NCBI RefSeq assembly: GCF_006345805.1
Contig: NC_043004.1
Coordinates: 88,412,001 to 88,476,000, forward strand
Length of the DNA: 64,000 nucleotides
From: Octopus sinensis
Taxonomy: Eukaryota
Reading direction: 5' to 3'
Position numbers and translations under genes: made by a program. This document shows, one piece after another, positions 13,713 through 26,517 of this stretch. The notes under the pieces are model-generated. The model was not told the DNA's origin. It was given only the letters and a program-made list of their open reading frames with translations, and made no database searches. The first letter of the stretch is position 1. Every line of letters starts with the position of its first letter.

Positions 13713-14136
13713 TGTATATTTCTGCACGTACGTGCGTGTGTTTTTCTCCAGTGCTAGGGAAAGTACTATCGCCAAAAAAGCTTCTATGCCCATTCAGCCG
13801 TGCCAAATGGCCAGCGTCTAACGGCCTCATTTCGAAAATATGTACTTGTTGAACTTTGGAGTCGATGTAATTATTAGAGTGAGTGGAGACACATTCACAC
13901 TCTTTGCCACACAAGAAAAATAATTATTATTGCTGTTGACATAGGCACAACGTCAAACATTTAACGAGAGGACTCAGAACTTGACTGTTACCTTGTTTTT
14001 ATTGATTCAGGAAAGAATGATAGAGTTAAAAGAACAACTACAAGGCAAATTGTCCAATGCTCTAACGTTGATAATAATCCACCGCTCCGATGCTGTTCTT
14101 GTGCTGCTGCTACTACTACTGCTGCTGCTGCTGCTG

Positions 14137-14199
<63 letters not shown>

Positions 14200-14230
14200 A
14201 TGATAATAATAATAATAATAATAATAATAA

Positions 14231-14786
14231 ATGCCCTGATGCAGTACCAGGCAGTGGCTCTCATGGCTTCTGATCTTAACTGATTGGAAGTGTTATCATG
14301 TACATTGTTTTGTGTTGGTATAAAAGATGGCCTACAGCAAATATTCTGCTCAGTACCCCAGATTTGCTTGTCAGTTGTTTGACCTTAACCAGTTGAGCAT
14401 GTCCCTTAGTGGCTGACGATATGTGCATCTCTGATCTCGAGCAGAAGTAGTGGGGGAGCATCATAGCCATGTGTTGAGAGGGATTCTTTGGGGTTTGAAT
14501 AGTTCACCTCTGGAAACATGGGTGGTTCTTTCAACATCCTTAAACAACCCTTATTCAGGGACCGTTTGAGCGGGATGGGATACTCAACCTGAAGAAAATT
14601 CTAACTGGGCCCCACTTGCAAGGTCATGTGCTGTTTATCTTGATATGAGATCACCATGTCGCGCACATATGGTTGTGATGCATGTGCCTGGTGTACCCTT
14701 ATCAGACGGGTAGTCATGATGGGTATATTGGGCTTCGTATATTTTACCCCAGTGTCACTTTGATGGCATGAACTGCTCTCTCACTC
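14231..14786 (+). mobile_element. ~555 bp non-coding TAA-flanked element (copy 1 of 5)
   Basis: atgccctgatgcagtaccagg...ctgctctctcactc, with (TAA)n on both sides; close copies at 21436, 31140, 45291 and 45894. Confidence 0.9.
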
Positions 14787-14807
14787 AATAATAATAATAA
14801 TAATAAT

Positions 14808-15128
14808 AAGGGCACTCGGAGAGCGCAAACCTCCTCCAAGGCAACACCAACGTCCTCTCCACGATTAGCTAGAGATGATATTTAAAAATAAACTCGACGG
14901 TTCTCACAAACGAGAATACTAAAAATGAAACCGACTGCTCTCAAAATTAAGTAAAAAAAAAATGGAAAAATGGACAAATAATCCAGAATCGTTGTCCAGT
15001 ACCTGATCAATCCTAAAATCTAACCAGTTCGTGCCAATCACTATACCTGAAAGTTTCATCAGAATCCATCCTGCGGTTCTTGAGATATATTGTCAACGGA
15101 TAAACAAGCACGACAGAATAACCATAAA
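14808..15128 (+). mobile_element. Helentron-associated (HINE-like) non-autonomous element
   Basis: Starts agggcactcggagagcgcaaacctcc; typical distal segment aagtttcatcagaatccatcc...gttcttgagatat...gataaacaa. Confidence 0.5.
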
Positions 15129-15338
15129 AAAACCTTATGCTTAGCCTGGATAGACATCAAAAAGGCTTACGACATATTTCAACGTTCGCGGATTCTGGAA
15201 ATACTAGGCATGTGTGGAATAGCTGAGAATATGTGTGCACTGATTATGAACAGCATGCCTAGTTGGAAAGCACGTCTTACCTGTTACAACCAGCACATAA
15301 TCGAGGTAACAATCAAAAGAGGTATCTTCCGAAGAGAC
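15120..15338 (+). pseudogene. R4/Dong-like reverse transcriptase fragment from a diverged family
   Basis: HKKTLCLAWIDIKKAYD...IKRGIFRRD aligns by eye with HKNLSIAWIDYKKAFD...ISCGIFQGD of the main element. Confidence 0.8.
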
Positions 15339-15520
15339 TTTGGAGGAGGGCATGTGTCGATTACATCGACCTCAGTCTTCAAATGGTACTTAATTTATCG
15401 ATCTCGAAAGGGTGAAAGGCAAAGCCGACCTCAGCGGAATTTGAACTCAGAATGTAAGGACAGACGAAATGCCACCAAGCATTTTGTCCGGCGTGCTAAC
15501 GACTCTGCCAGCTCGCCGCC
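15339..15520 (-). mobile_element. SINE family A
   Basis: ggcggcgagctggcagagtcgttagcacgccgg...ttctgagttcaaattccgctgaggtcg; abuts (TAA)n. Confidence 0.85.
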
Positions 15521-15571
15521 TTAATGATGATGATGATGATAATAATAATAATAATGATAATAATAATAATG

Positions 15572-15633
<62 letters not shown>

Positions 15634-16515
15634 GAAAAGGCGGCTGGACGTGATAGAGGATGGACGTATTTTTACGATGCTCTGAACTGGCAACAGCGAA
15701 CCCAGCAGGACAACTGAAAAAAACAACTGTAGAAAACTGGAAGATCTACTGTTTTCTGTGAGTAATTTGAATTTCCCTCAAAATAAGTTTTAAAAAACTT
15801 ACATATCTACAGCTCATACAAACGTACACCTAACAAGAAAAATTAGAAACATAAATATCTCCAATTCTGTGTGAACATTTACATTTAGTCGTCTCTCATG
15901 ACTATAAGAATGTGTAAATTGCCTTTTAAATTACCTTTTATTGTAACAACACAATTAAATGCACGATAAAAGTGATGGAATTAAGCACCTACTAATATAT
16001 ACATACAACTGAATTCTGAAATTTAAAAAATATATACATAACATTGAACTCAGAAAGTTAAAAAAAAAAAAATCATCGACGTAAACATCAGATAATATGT
16101 GTGAGTGAGTATACATATACATATACATATGTATGTGGAGAAAAAGAAAAGAGAAAGGAAAGGAAAAAAATAAAATAAAAATGAAATAAAATAAATAAAT
16201 GTAAACAGGTTTGACCTTTTACTGACCATTAACGTCCTTTGTCTCCACCATCTGCCGAATATATTTATAGACCCAAAGAACATGAATTTTTTAACCAACC
16301 ATTCTCCCACACAATGGAGTGTTGATGGTGGCTGTGGCTACACATAAAACAATGTCATTGATGATGATGATGGTGATGGTGATGTTGCTGATGATGGTGA
16401 TACTGGTGAAGGTGATAGTAATAACAATAATAACGGACAGATCCCGTCTTTTTCCCTTTCTTTTCGTTTCCTTCTCCGTATTTTATTCTCATTATTTCGA
16501 ACTAATACAGGCAGA

Positions 16516-19500
16516 GTGAGCCTTGGAGAAAGGAAGAGGAGGAAAAAAATGTTCGGAGATAAAACTATCAACAAAGAAAATACAGACGAATATAGATCTG
16601 CTAGTCTTAAGAAGCTGCGCTATGAGCAATGCTTACATGTAGAGAACCCTAAACTGACAGATCCATCTCCTAATATAAGAATGGATGCTCGTCATGCTTC
16701 AAGTTCAACAAATCAAACAATAAACCGCATTGGTCGTTGCGCGGATTACAAAAGACCACGTACCCGAAAATTGAACCAAATTCTGATTGAAAAATAGCTA
16801 CTGGATCAAATCTTCCCAACACACAGGAGCTGGACGTACCCCACAACCGGAATATTCCAACAGATGGCCATCCATACTCATCACCAAATAATCAAAAGAA
16901 AAAGAAGGAGAAATGGTCTAGGGAAAATAAGAAAGAAGTTCTTGAGGCCTTCTACCATGCCATATATTTCCCCACAGATAAATCTAACACCGTACAAACA
17001 TACTTAAACTGGAGACAGAAACACCCCCAAAGTAAGACCCTACATAGACAGTAACAAATTTGCCAACGTCAGAAGAAACATTATAAAAAAAAATTACTGA
17101 CAGAAGTAGAGATTGATCAGGTTAGACAAGCAATATCGGATAAAATGAACGAAGCTGCAGCTAGAGAAGATAATACAGAGGAAATGATTATAGACCAGTC
17201 CAGGGCTGATAAAAACGAAGTGAGGATTGAAAGAGTTAGTATAAGTGATAGGCAAAGTGAAATACTCCCTGAACCAATCATAAACACTAAGACAGATGAG
17301 CATCAAATAGATAAAGAAAGTCACACAAATATTGACCCAACAGAACTACATGAGCTAAAAAATCAAATCATGATTGAATGGCTGAGAATTAAAGAAACCA
17401 GCATGGATGAACGTGATACACTTCCTAAAATCCGCAACTTTAACCAAAACATGAAAATAATTGGTAAAATCCGGCTTGCACTTAAGGATATAATTTCAGC
17501 TAATGATGTTGATATCACAAACCTCAACCACCTATACTATGCATCCGCGAAAATCTCAACGATCCTATGTGGTGTAAAGATTAGAAAACGGCAACATTCC
17601 CACAAAAAGCCTTCTTGGCAAGAGCGTCTGCAACAACAAATTAAAATATTTAGATCTGTCATTGAATATTTGAAAAACCTTAAGGCTCACAAGACTACCA
17701 AACCTACAAAAACCCCCAAATTACTGAGAAAATACAATATGAAAACTATACTTGATATTGATGCCACCATAGAAACCATCAAGCAAAAGGTATCTGCCAA
17801 AGCTGCCCGCATAGCGAGGTATGAAAAGCGTGTTAGAGTTTTCAAGGACAACAACATGTTCAAAAATAACACCAAGAATTTTTACAGGAAGATAGGAAAA
17901 ACAGCGTTTACTGCAAGGTCTGTACCATCAAAAGAAGAAGTGCAGGGATTTTGGAATAAAATCTGGGCAGAAGAAAAAACACACAACGAAAAGGCCCCCT
18001 GGATTGACAGAATATCTACAGAACTGGACCCCTTAGAAGAGCAAAATTGGGAGGGTGTCAAGGTAGAAGATATAAGATCTGCTCTCAGGAGGTCAAGCAA
18101 ATGGAAGTCTCCAGGAAAGGATAAAATTCCTAACTTCTGGCTGAATGCCTTCCCAGAGAGCCATGAACTGCTAACAGAACTGTACAATGATGTTTTGCAA
18201 CACCCTAGTAGGATGCCTCCTTGGCTAGTTAATGGGTTAACATTCCTGCTTCCAAAAAGTGAAGAAACAAATGAACCAAAAAACTATAGACCCATAACCT
18301 GCTTAACAACTATGTACAAAACACTAACATCTGTCCTGACGGAATATACCTATAGTTTTTTAACAGACAGCAGCATATTCCCTAATGAACAGAAAGGATG
18401 TAAACGTGGATCCTACGGTTGTAAAGACCAACTACTCATCAATAAGATGATCTTAGAAGATTGTCACAAACGACACAAAAACTTATCAATAGCCTGGATA
18501 GACTATAAAAAGGCTTTTGATAGCCTACCACATAGCTGGATTAGGAAATGACTGGAAATGTATAAGATAGCACCTACTCTGCGAAACTTCTTGACTGTAA
18601 GTATGAGATCATGGAGAACCACACTAACTCTGAACAGTGACAATGAATCCCTAAATGCTGGTGATGTAAAAATTTCGTGTGGCATTTTCCAGGGTGACTC
18701 ACTGTCACCACTCCTCTTTTGTTTATCCTTAATACCTCTCTCAAAGCTGCTCAATGACGCGCAGTACGGGTATAAAATGTTTGATAAAAATATAAATCAT
18801 CTCATTTACATGAATGATTTAAAGTTTTTTGCAAAAAATGACCAACAACTCAAGGGCTTACTAGCGATAGTCAAACAATTCAGTGACGACATCAGAATGC
18901 AATTCGGCCTCGATAAATGTACAAAAGCTACCTTTATCAAAGGAAAAATGACAGAAACATTTAACGTTAACCTTGACCAGCAGAATGTCATAAAAGAACG
19001 AGACCCAGCGGAGAGCTACAAGTACCTAGGGGTAATTGAAGGGAACGGAATAAGGCATTCAGAGATGAAGGAAAGGATCAGGAGAGAATGCTATCGAAGA
19101 GTGAGAGCAATACTCAAGACAGAGCTGAATGCAAGAAACAGGATCGAAGCGATCAATGCATTAGCCATACCAGTCGTGACTTACAGTTTCAATATTGTTA
19201 ACTGGTCAATTACTGAAATATGTCAGCTCGACAGAAAAATAAGGAAACTGTTGACAATGCATAGAATGCACCACCCTAAGGCAGATACAGAACGACTCTA
19301 TCTGCCAAGAAAAGAGGGAGGCCGTGGTCTTTTGCAACTGGCAATAACAATGAAGATTGCTACAATTGGCCTAGACACCTACCTGAAAAACTCTGAGGAC
19401 TGGATGTTAAAACTTGTCTCAAAACATGAAAACAAGAAAGCATCATACTCAGTCACAAAACAGGCAAAGAATATCTAAGTGAATTCCGAATACAACTGAT

Positions 19501-20216
19501 TTCGGAATTAGAGATAGACATACAAGAAACAAGCACAGAAAAAGCTAGGCGCATGAAAACCCGTGCCAAAACTGCGGCCTTAGATATTCTGAATAATAAA
19601 TGGCAAGAAAAACCTCTCTATGGCAAATACCCAAAGAGAGCGAATAATGCAGATATCCACCTCCAGTGCTTGAAAATGACCACATCTCACTCCTCTGGAA
19701 CTTCACCATTCAAACTGACAGGAAGATAGATGCAAATAGGCCAGACATCATATTGAAAGACTTCAGACAAAGAACATGCCTCCTCATTGATATGACTGTC
19801 CCAATCGATATAAACGTATCTGTCAAGACCTACCAAAAACTGAGCAAATATAAAGATCTTGAAATAGAAACCAGCAAAATGTGGAAGCTGAAGACTAAAA
19901 CAATACCTGTTGTCATAGGTGCCCTGGGAATGATAGCGAAAGGGACTGATTGCTACCTAACTCAGATACCAGGAAACCCCAAAATGGCAGAAATTCAAAA
20001 GATAGTGCTCATGGGAACTGCTCATATCCTACGCAAAATACTCTCTATGTAATCCCAATGTTTATGTATTAGACATTCACTAGTACAACACCAAAAAAAA
20101 GGGGGAAAAAAGAAAACCCCAAATATATGGCACAGAACTTCCAACCTGTTGTCTCTTGAGGTCTCTGGGTGAGACTTGGAGCCAACTTGTACAGACATAA
20201 AGCAAAAGTCAAACAT
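16516..20216 (+). mobile_element. R4/Dong-clade non-LTR retrotransposon (single ORF: N-terminal domain, RT, REL endonuclease); inactive; 5' boundary uncertain
   Basis: N-terminal KWSRENKKEVLEAFY and NKFANVRRNII; RT motifs WKSPGKD, NYRPITCL, WIDYKKAFDS, GIFQGDSLSPLLF, YMND; REL motifs NRPDI...LIDMTVP...KLSKYKDL...IPVVIGALG; (TAA)n tail. Confidence 0.93.
17145..20052 (+). pseudogene. Disrupted RT-REL polyprotein of the R4/Dong element
   Basis: In-frame TGA at 18549, catalytic YMDD changed to YMND, frameshift near 19475, and a deletion near 19657 that removes the CCHC knuckle region. Confidence 0.9.
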
Positions 20217-20218
20217 AG

Positions 20219-20256
20219 AATAATAATAATAAAAATAATAATAATAATACTAATAC

Positions 20257-20332
<76 letters not shown>

Positions 20333-20352
20333 AATAATAATAATAATAATAA
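20219..20352. repeat. (TAA)n/(TGA)n tail and target array
   Basis: Directly follows the LINE 3' UTR. Confidence 0.95.
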
Positions 20353-21026
20353 TTCGATGCTGCTGCTGACTAATATGACTAAACCAGAATTACTCTAAGT
20401 CATAGAAAGAGTGCTCAAATTTTGTGATGTGATTTATTGAATGATCATTCAGATGTAGTTTGCACAATTAATTTCTTCGCTGTTGTAATGAAGGATAATT
20501 TCACACACACACACGCGCGCACACACACACGAACATACACACGCGCGCACACACACACGAACACACACACACACACGCACACATACACACGCGCACACAC
20601 ACGCACACACACACACACACGCACGCACACAAAAACATACCTACACACACACACACCACACTCACAAGCTCTCTCACATACACACACGCAACTCATAATG
20701 TAATTATGTTCCTCTCAATACAAATTGATGGAGTGTTTGCGTGTTAATTTGTGTTTTCCTAATATTTAGAAAGAGCATTTTGTCCTGCAAGACGTTGAGG
20801 TCCGGTTTATAATGAATCGTTGTTGTTGCAGTTGAAATTCTACATGCGTAGAATGTGTACATTCCCTTTTCTTTTGGTGCTTGAAATTATTTTATAAATG
20901 GTTCAATAAATTATTATTACGAATGAAGAATTGCTTTTTAACTAAGAACGATCGTCCGTCATTAAAATTTAGATATTAACTACGATATTACCACGCTAAA
21001 CAAATATATTAATATCAAGTTTGTAC

Positions 21027-21195
21027 TTCAGGCACATAGCTTGAAATTATGGAGGAGAGAGATGGTTGATTACATCCATCCCAGTGCTTATCAGCTGGTA
21101 CTTATTTTATTGGCATCGAAAGAATGAAAGGCAAAGACGGACGAAATGGCGTTAAGCATTTGCCTGGCGTGCTAACGATTCTGACAGCTCACCGC

Positions 21196-21197
<2 letters not shown>
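21027..21197 (-). mobile_element. SINE family A, internally deleted
   Basis: gattacatccatcccagtg...gcgtgctaacgattctgacagctcaccgc. Confidence 0.75.
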
Positions 21198-21249
<52 letters not shown>

Positions 21250-21354
21250 TAACAACAACAAATCACAGCACATACCCAAGGCACACAGAGCTGCGCTCGG
21301 CAGTGAAGTGAAAGCACGCTATAAAAATAAAACTACTGAACAAAAATAATAATG

Positions 21355-21407
<53 letters not shown>

Positions 21408-21435
21408 GAAAAATAAAATAATAATAATAATAAAA

Positions 21436-21972
21436 TTCTCTGATGCAGTACGAGGTAGTGGCTCTCATGGCTGCCGATCCTAACTGTGTTATCATGTACA
21501 TTGTGTGTCTTGGTATTTTTTATTTGTAGATGGGCTACAGCAAATATTCTGCACAATACCACAGATGTGCTTGTCAGTTGTTTGACCTTAAACCAGTTGA
21601 CCATGTCCATTAGTGGTTGACGATATGTGCATCTCTCATTACAAGCAGAAGTAGTGGGAGAGCATCATAGCCATGTGTTGAGAGGGATTCTTTGGGGTTT
21701 GAATAATTCACCTCTGGAACATGGGTGTTTCGTTCAACATCTTTAAACAAGCCTTATTCATGGACCTTTTGAGCGGGATGGGCTACTCGACCAGAAGAAA
21801 ATCGTAACTGGGCCCCACCTGCAAGGTCATGTGGTGTTTATCTGAGATTACCATGTCGTGCGCAGTTGGTTGTGATGCTTGTGTCTGGTGTACCCTTATC
21901 AGACGGGTATTCATGATGGGTATACTGGGCTTCGTATATTTTACTTTGATTGCATGCACTGCTCTCTCACTC
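21436..21972 (+). mobile_element. ~555 bp TAA-flanked element (copy 2)
   Basis: Homologous to 14231-14786; TAA/CAA flanks. Confidence 0.9.
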
Positions 21973-21984
21973 AATAATAATAAT

Positions 21985-22036
<52 letters not shown>

Positions 22037-22038
22037 CC

Positions 22039-22076
<38 letters not shown>

Positions 22077-22079
22077 TAA

Positions 22080-22207
22080 TCCTTTCTACTATAGGCACAA
22101 GGTCTGAAATTTGGGGAAGGGAACTAGTCGATTTCATCGACCCCAGTGTTTCACTGGTATTTCATTTATCGATCCCGAAAGGCAAAGTCGACCTCGGTGG
22201 AATTTGA
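22080..22207 (-). mobile_element. SINE family A, 3' part
   Basis: tcctttctactataggcacaagg...tcgaccccagtg...gtcgacctcggtggaatttga. Confidence 0.75.
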
Positions 22208-22225
22208 TAATGATAGTAGTAGTAA

Positions 22226-22262
<37 letters not shown>

Positions 22263-22941
22263 GGTGGTGGTGGTGGTGGTGGTGGTGGTGGTGGTGGCCG
22301 TGGTGGTGTTGTTTGTGGTGTTATTAGTCTCCTATATCTACACTTTTTGTTTTTAAGATTCAATTTGCAGGGTAAGTATTGCATCATTTCTTCTTTTACC
22401 TGAAAACGCCATCTACTTTTTAAAGATTAATAAATAACATAGAGCAAAGTACCAGCAAATACATGTGCAAATTTAATTATATAACCTGGATAGAGACTCA
22501 GTAGGTTTTGAAGCAGTTTTCTGTAGCAGTTCTTTTCCTCGCTGATTTTGAATGAAATATTCTCATCTACTACCAAAGCAAACTGTGCAACATTATATAA
22601 GTTTTTTTCTTTCTTTTGTCCCATATATTTATAATGGAAGTTTCCAAGGAAGTATTCTACCAATATTTCTTTTTATATTATACATTTTTTTATTTTTCAT
22701 AATTTTTTTTTATCTTTTTCTGAACGTGTACAAGTATTCATCGTCAGAAAATATTTTAAATGATTAGCGCAGAGCAGTTTTTTTCCTGTAGATGTCATTG
22801 AATACTGTTCGGCAAACAAGATGATAACACGGCAAAGTTAAACATTTTATTGGAGCAAATGCTCAAAACAGCACGCCTTCCAGTGACATGGGACGCGTTC
22901 AGCATTGTCGGCTGCATATATATATATATACACATATATAC

Positions 22942-22986
<45 letters not shown>

Positions 22987-23128
22987 TATACAAACGCGCA
23001 TATATATGTGTGTGTGTGTACATACATACATATATATATATATATACACACACATACCACATACAGATATAGGTATATAAATGTTCATATATATGTATAA
23101 TACAATATGTATTTATACATATACGTAC

Positions 23129-23204
<76 letters not shown>

Positions 23205-23399
23205 ATATACAAACATATGTACATATACATGTGTGTGTACATATATGTAAATATACATTTAGAAGTATGCATAAAAATGCATATAGAGAATATATAGACA
23301 AAACTATATAGACACGCGCACAAAGTTCTATATATTCATATACGCATGTACCAGTTAGTCAATCAGTCAATTAATCAATTGATCGATCAGTCAATCTAA

Positions 23400-23661
23400 G
23401 GCACTGCCTTGAAGCAATTAAGCGGATAAACCAACCTCAGTGGTTTTTGCCGAATCACTAATTTATGGAGACGTAAACAAACCAACACCGTTTGTCAGGC
23501 AGTTGTGGGGGATAAACAAAAAGACGCACTCAGACACACACAAGCACATATAATATATATATACACACATATTTATATATGTGACAGACTCTTTTCAGTT
23601 TCCGCCTACCATATCCACTCACAAGCCTTTAGACGGCTAGGTGCGATAGTAGAAGACACTT
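23400..23661 (-). mobile_element. SINE family B, degenerate
   Basis: ttttgccgaatcactaa...gtaaacaaaccaacacc...atccactcacaagcctt. Confidence 0.65.
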
Positions 23662-23664
23662 CCC

Positions 23665-23699
<35 letters not shown>

Positions 23700-23705
23700 T
23701 ACACA

Positions 23706-23800
<95 letters not shown>

Positions 23801-23809
23801 GTGCATATA

Positions 23810-23849
<40 letters not shown>

Positions 23850-24225
23850 CTTTACCTTCCCCTCTCTCTCTCCCTCTTCCTCATCTCTCTCTCAGCCGCG
23901 TGTCTGCCTCTCTCTCTCTCTCTCACTCCTCCTCACTTTTGTCACTGCTAATCCTTTTGCACGCTGCTTTCAAACCGTAAAGTCATGTTTCCATGCGCTT
24001 GCCAGAACCTCTTCCGTCCCAGCCAGAACAAAGGCCTTTTCGTTTGTTTTCTTGTTTATTTTGATTTCTCGTATTGTATTTTATTTCTCGTTTTGTATTT
24101 TCTTGTGCATGTATTTTTATCTTGTATTTTATTGTGCAGTTTTATTGTTACGTCCTGTTTGTGTTACATTTTTTCGTGCTTGTTTTACCCCTCTGCGAGG
24201 TTATTTTATTTTAATTCTCTCGCAG

Positions 24226-24300
24226 GAAGGCCTAGTATTGACGAGTCGTGTCCTGTCTTGCCTTCGAAACACGCTTATGTCTACTAGCGACAGCTGATGA
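24226..24300 (+). ncRNA. Candidate non-circularly permuted hammerhead ribozyme (copy A, intact)
   Basis: gaaggc ctagta ttgacgagt cgtG-UC ctgtc tt gccttc GAAA cacg cttatgtc tactag c gacag CUGAUGA. Four perfect helices and all core nucleotides are present. Confidence 0.75.
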
Positions 24301-24709
24301 TTGGGGATTTTCCTTGTGTAGCTTGTCCTGTACCTTGTTTTTCTGTTGTAAATAATGCTTTTCCTGTTTTCGTTCTCGTCCTGTTCCACGTCTCTGTCAT
24401 TCTGTTGTAAAAAAATGACTTTTCCGTTTTCGTTTCTGTTGAGTTCTACGTCTTTTTGTGGTGTCCTGTACTTACGTATATATATTTATATATGCATGTA
24501 TATATACATGTAGATGTAGGTACGTACATATATGTTTGTATGTATGCATATATTTTATTTATTACACTATATATATATATACATACATATGTATATCTAA
24601 ATATATATATGTATATATATGTATATATATGTATATATATATGTACATATATATGCATATACATATATATATGTCTGTGTGTGTATGTGTGTGTTTTCCA
24701 TACTTAGAT

Positions 24710-24745
24710 TTGAAAAAATCTCAATGACTGAAACCGGTACTGAAA
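24710..24745 (+). ncRNA. U3-A8 hammerhead lacking the 5' arm of stem I
   Basis: UUGAAAA aatc-tcaat-gact GAAA CCGG UA ctg. Confidence 0.55.
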
Positions 24746-26235
24746 TGCCTTTTATAAAAAATATTTTTGCATTTTCTACCTTGACTTTTTTCTATATATA
24801 TATCAACTCGTATGTTCCTTTTCAACCTTCTACATATCATTACCCCACACGAGATACAGAAAAGGCCGAGAAAAACAGACACAATCACCACCATAAATGA
24901 AGAAATACTGAAAGTACTCAAGAAAATCAACACAAATCTGTTAACGTTTTTGAACAAATTCGACTCGACACATCAACCCAATGGAGAGAACAATGAGGAA
25001 ATCGATACGAAAAATACAACCTTCGAAATCGTCGAAAACCTTGAAAACTTATGCGAAACAATTAGAACATTTTTCTCTAACAACGCGAATCAAACGAGAT
25101 AGCATATGGGATCAATACTCTCACAACATACCAAATGAAACACCTTCCTGCAACAATAAACAAAAACACCCTACTAGTATCCTTCGATGTAGTCAACCTC
25201 TATTCCAATATCCTCCCATAACCTAGGAATAGAGGCAATTCAATTCTGGCTAGAGAATTACGCCAACGAACTCCAACATCGCATCAAAAAATTATCCGTG
25301 ATAGAAGGGCATAATCCTCCAAACACACACCATCATAAAAAGCAAGAGACAACCCAAATCTATGAAAAGTCTCCTAAAACAAGCCCGAATACGCTCAACA
25401 ACAACACAGAAGGGTTCAGTAAAAAAATGCAGAAGACCCAACTTTGGGATATGTGTCAATTTAATTGAGGGAGTTCTCCTTCAAACAGGGACATCGTTTC
25501 ACAGTGAAAAGCAGCTTCACATGTGCTTCGGAGAACCTGATATACGCACTAACCTGCTCTGGGTGTCAAGGGCAATACATAGGCCAAACAAAAAAACAAT
25601 CTACGTAAAAACGATGGCTCTGCACAGATCCCAGATCAAAATTACCCAAAATAGAAAAATAGCATTCAGCCAACACATCGACATTTGCGCCGATAACAAA
25701 TATCCAAGCTTCAGAATTTCTCCCCTCCACCAATTCAGGGACGATACAACATGTAGCCAACGAAATAGTAAAGAGACTTTCTATATTACAAAATAGAGAC
25801 CCCTTTCGAAAGCATCTACAACAAACGACATATCCACCACGGCCTTAGAATAACGCAAACACGCAAATATTAAAAATGATACACTCGTGGATTCCCAAGA
25901 ATTCATTAAAAAACAGTCCCAATCACTTCTATAATCTATAAGGAGTCACTTTTTGGTCACTTGACCATTTAACATCCTACTACTATCATATCACTTACAT
26001 TCCTTTCTTATTCTCTCTTCTCTTTCTCCTTCTTCTTCGTCTTCTTTCTCTCCCCCACATTCTTCCTAACTTTACCACTATTCAGAATAACACCTACGCA
26101 AATTTTATAAACAATGCATTCAAAAGATGTCTCAAGAATTCAAACACTACTACCATCCACAACGGGTCACTTTCAGGGCACTTGACCATTTAACATCCTA
26201 CTACTATCGTGGCACTCCCGCATTCTTCACCTCCA

Positions 26236-26266
<31 letters not shown>

Positions 26267-26475
26267 CTTCTTCTTCTCTTCTTCTTCTTCTTCTTCTTCT
26301 TCTTCTTCTTCTTCTTCCCTGCCAAGAATTCACAACGATCTGGAACCTACAAGAGTAAACAAATGATACAGAAACAGCCAGAGACAAGGAAAATGCCTTT
26401 TGTATTTGAATACCATGCAAATAGTCTTTCAAAAAATTTCTCTTAATTATTCCCAAATTTAATTGTTTTCCATAA

Positions 26476-26517
26476 TTACAGTTGAAAAAGTCTCAATGAC
26501 TGAAAACGGTACTGAAA
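26476..26517 (+). ncRNA. U3-A8 hammerhead in the PLE 3' terminal repeat
   Basis: cag UUGAAAA agtc-tcaat-gact GAAA ACGG UA ctg; one substitution in stem III. Confidence 0.65.

Noticed and set aside
14231-14580. HDV-like or hammerhead fold in the 555 bp element (ccctga/tcaggg, CUGAUG)
   Set aside because: I could not place P3/P4 or a GAAA strand.
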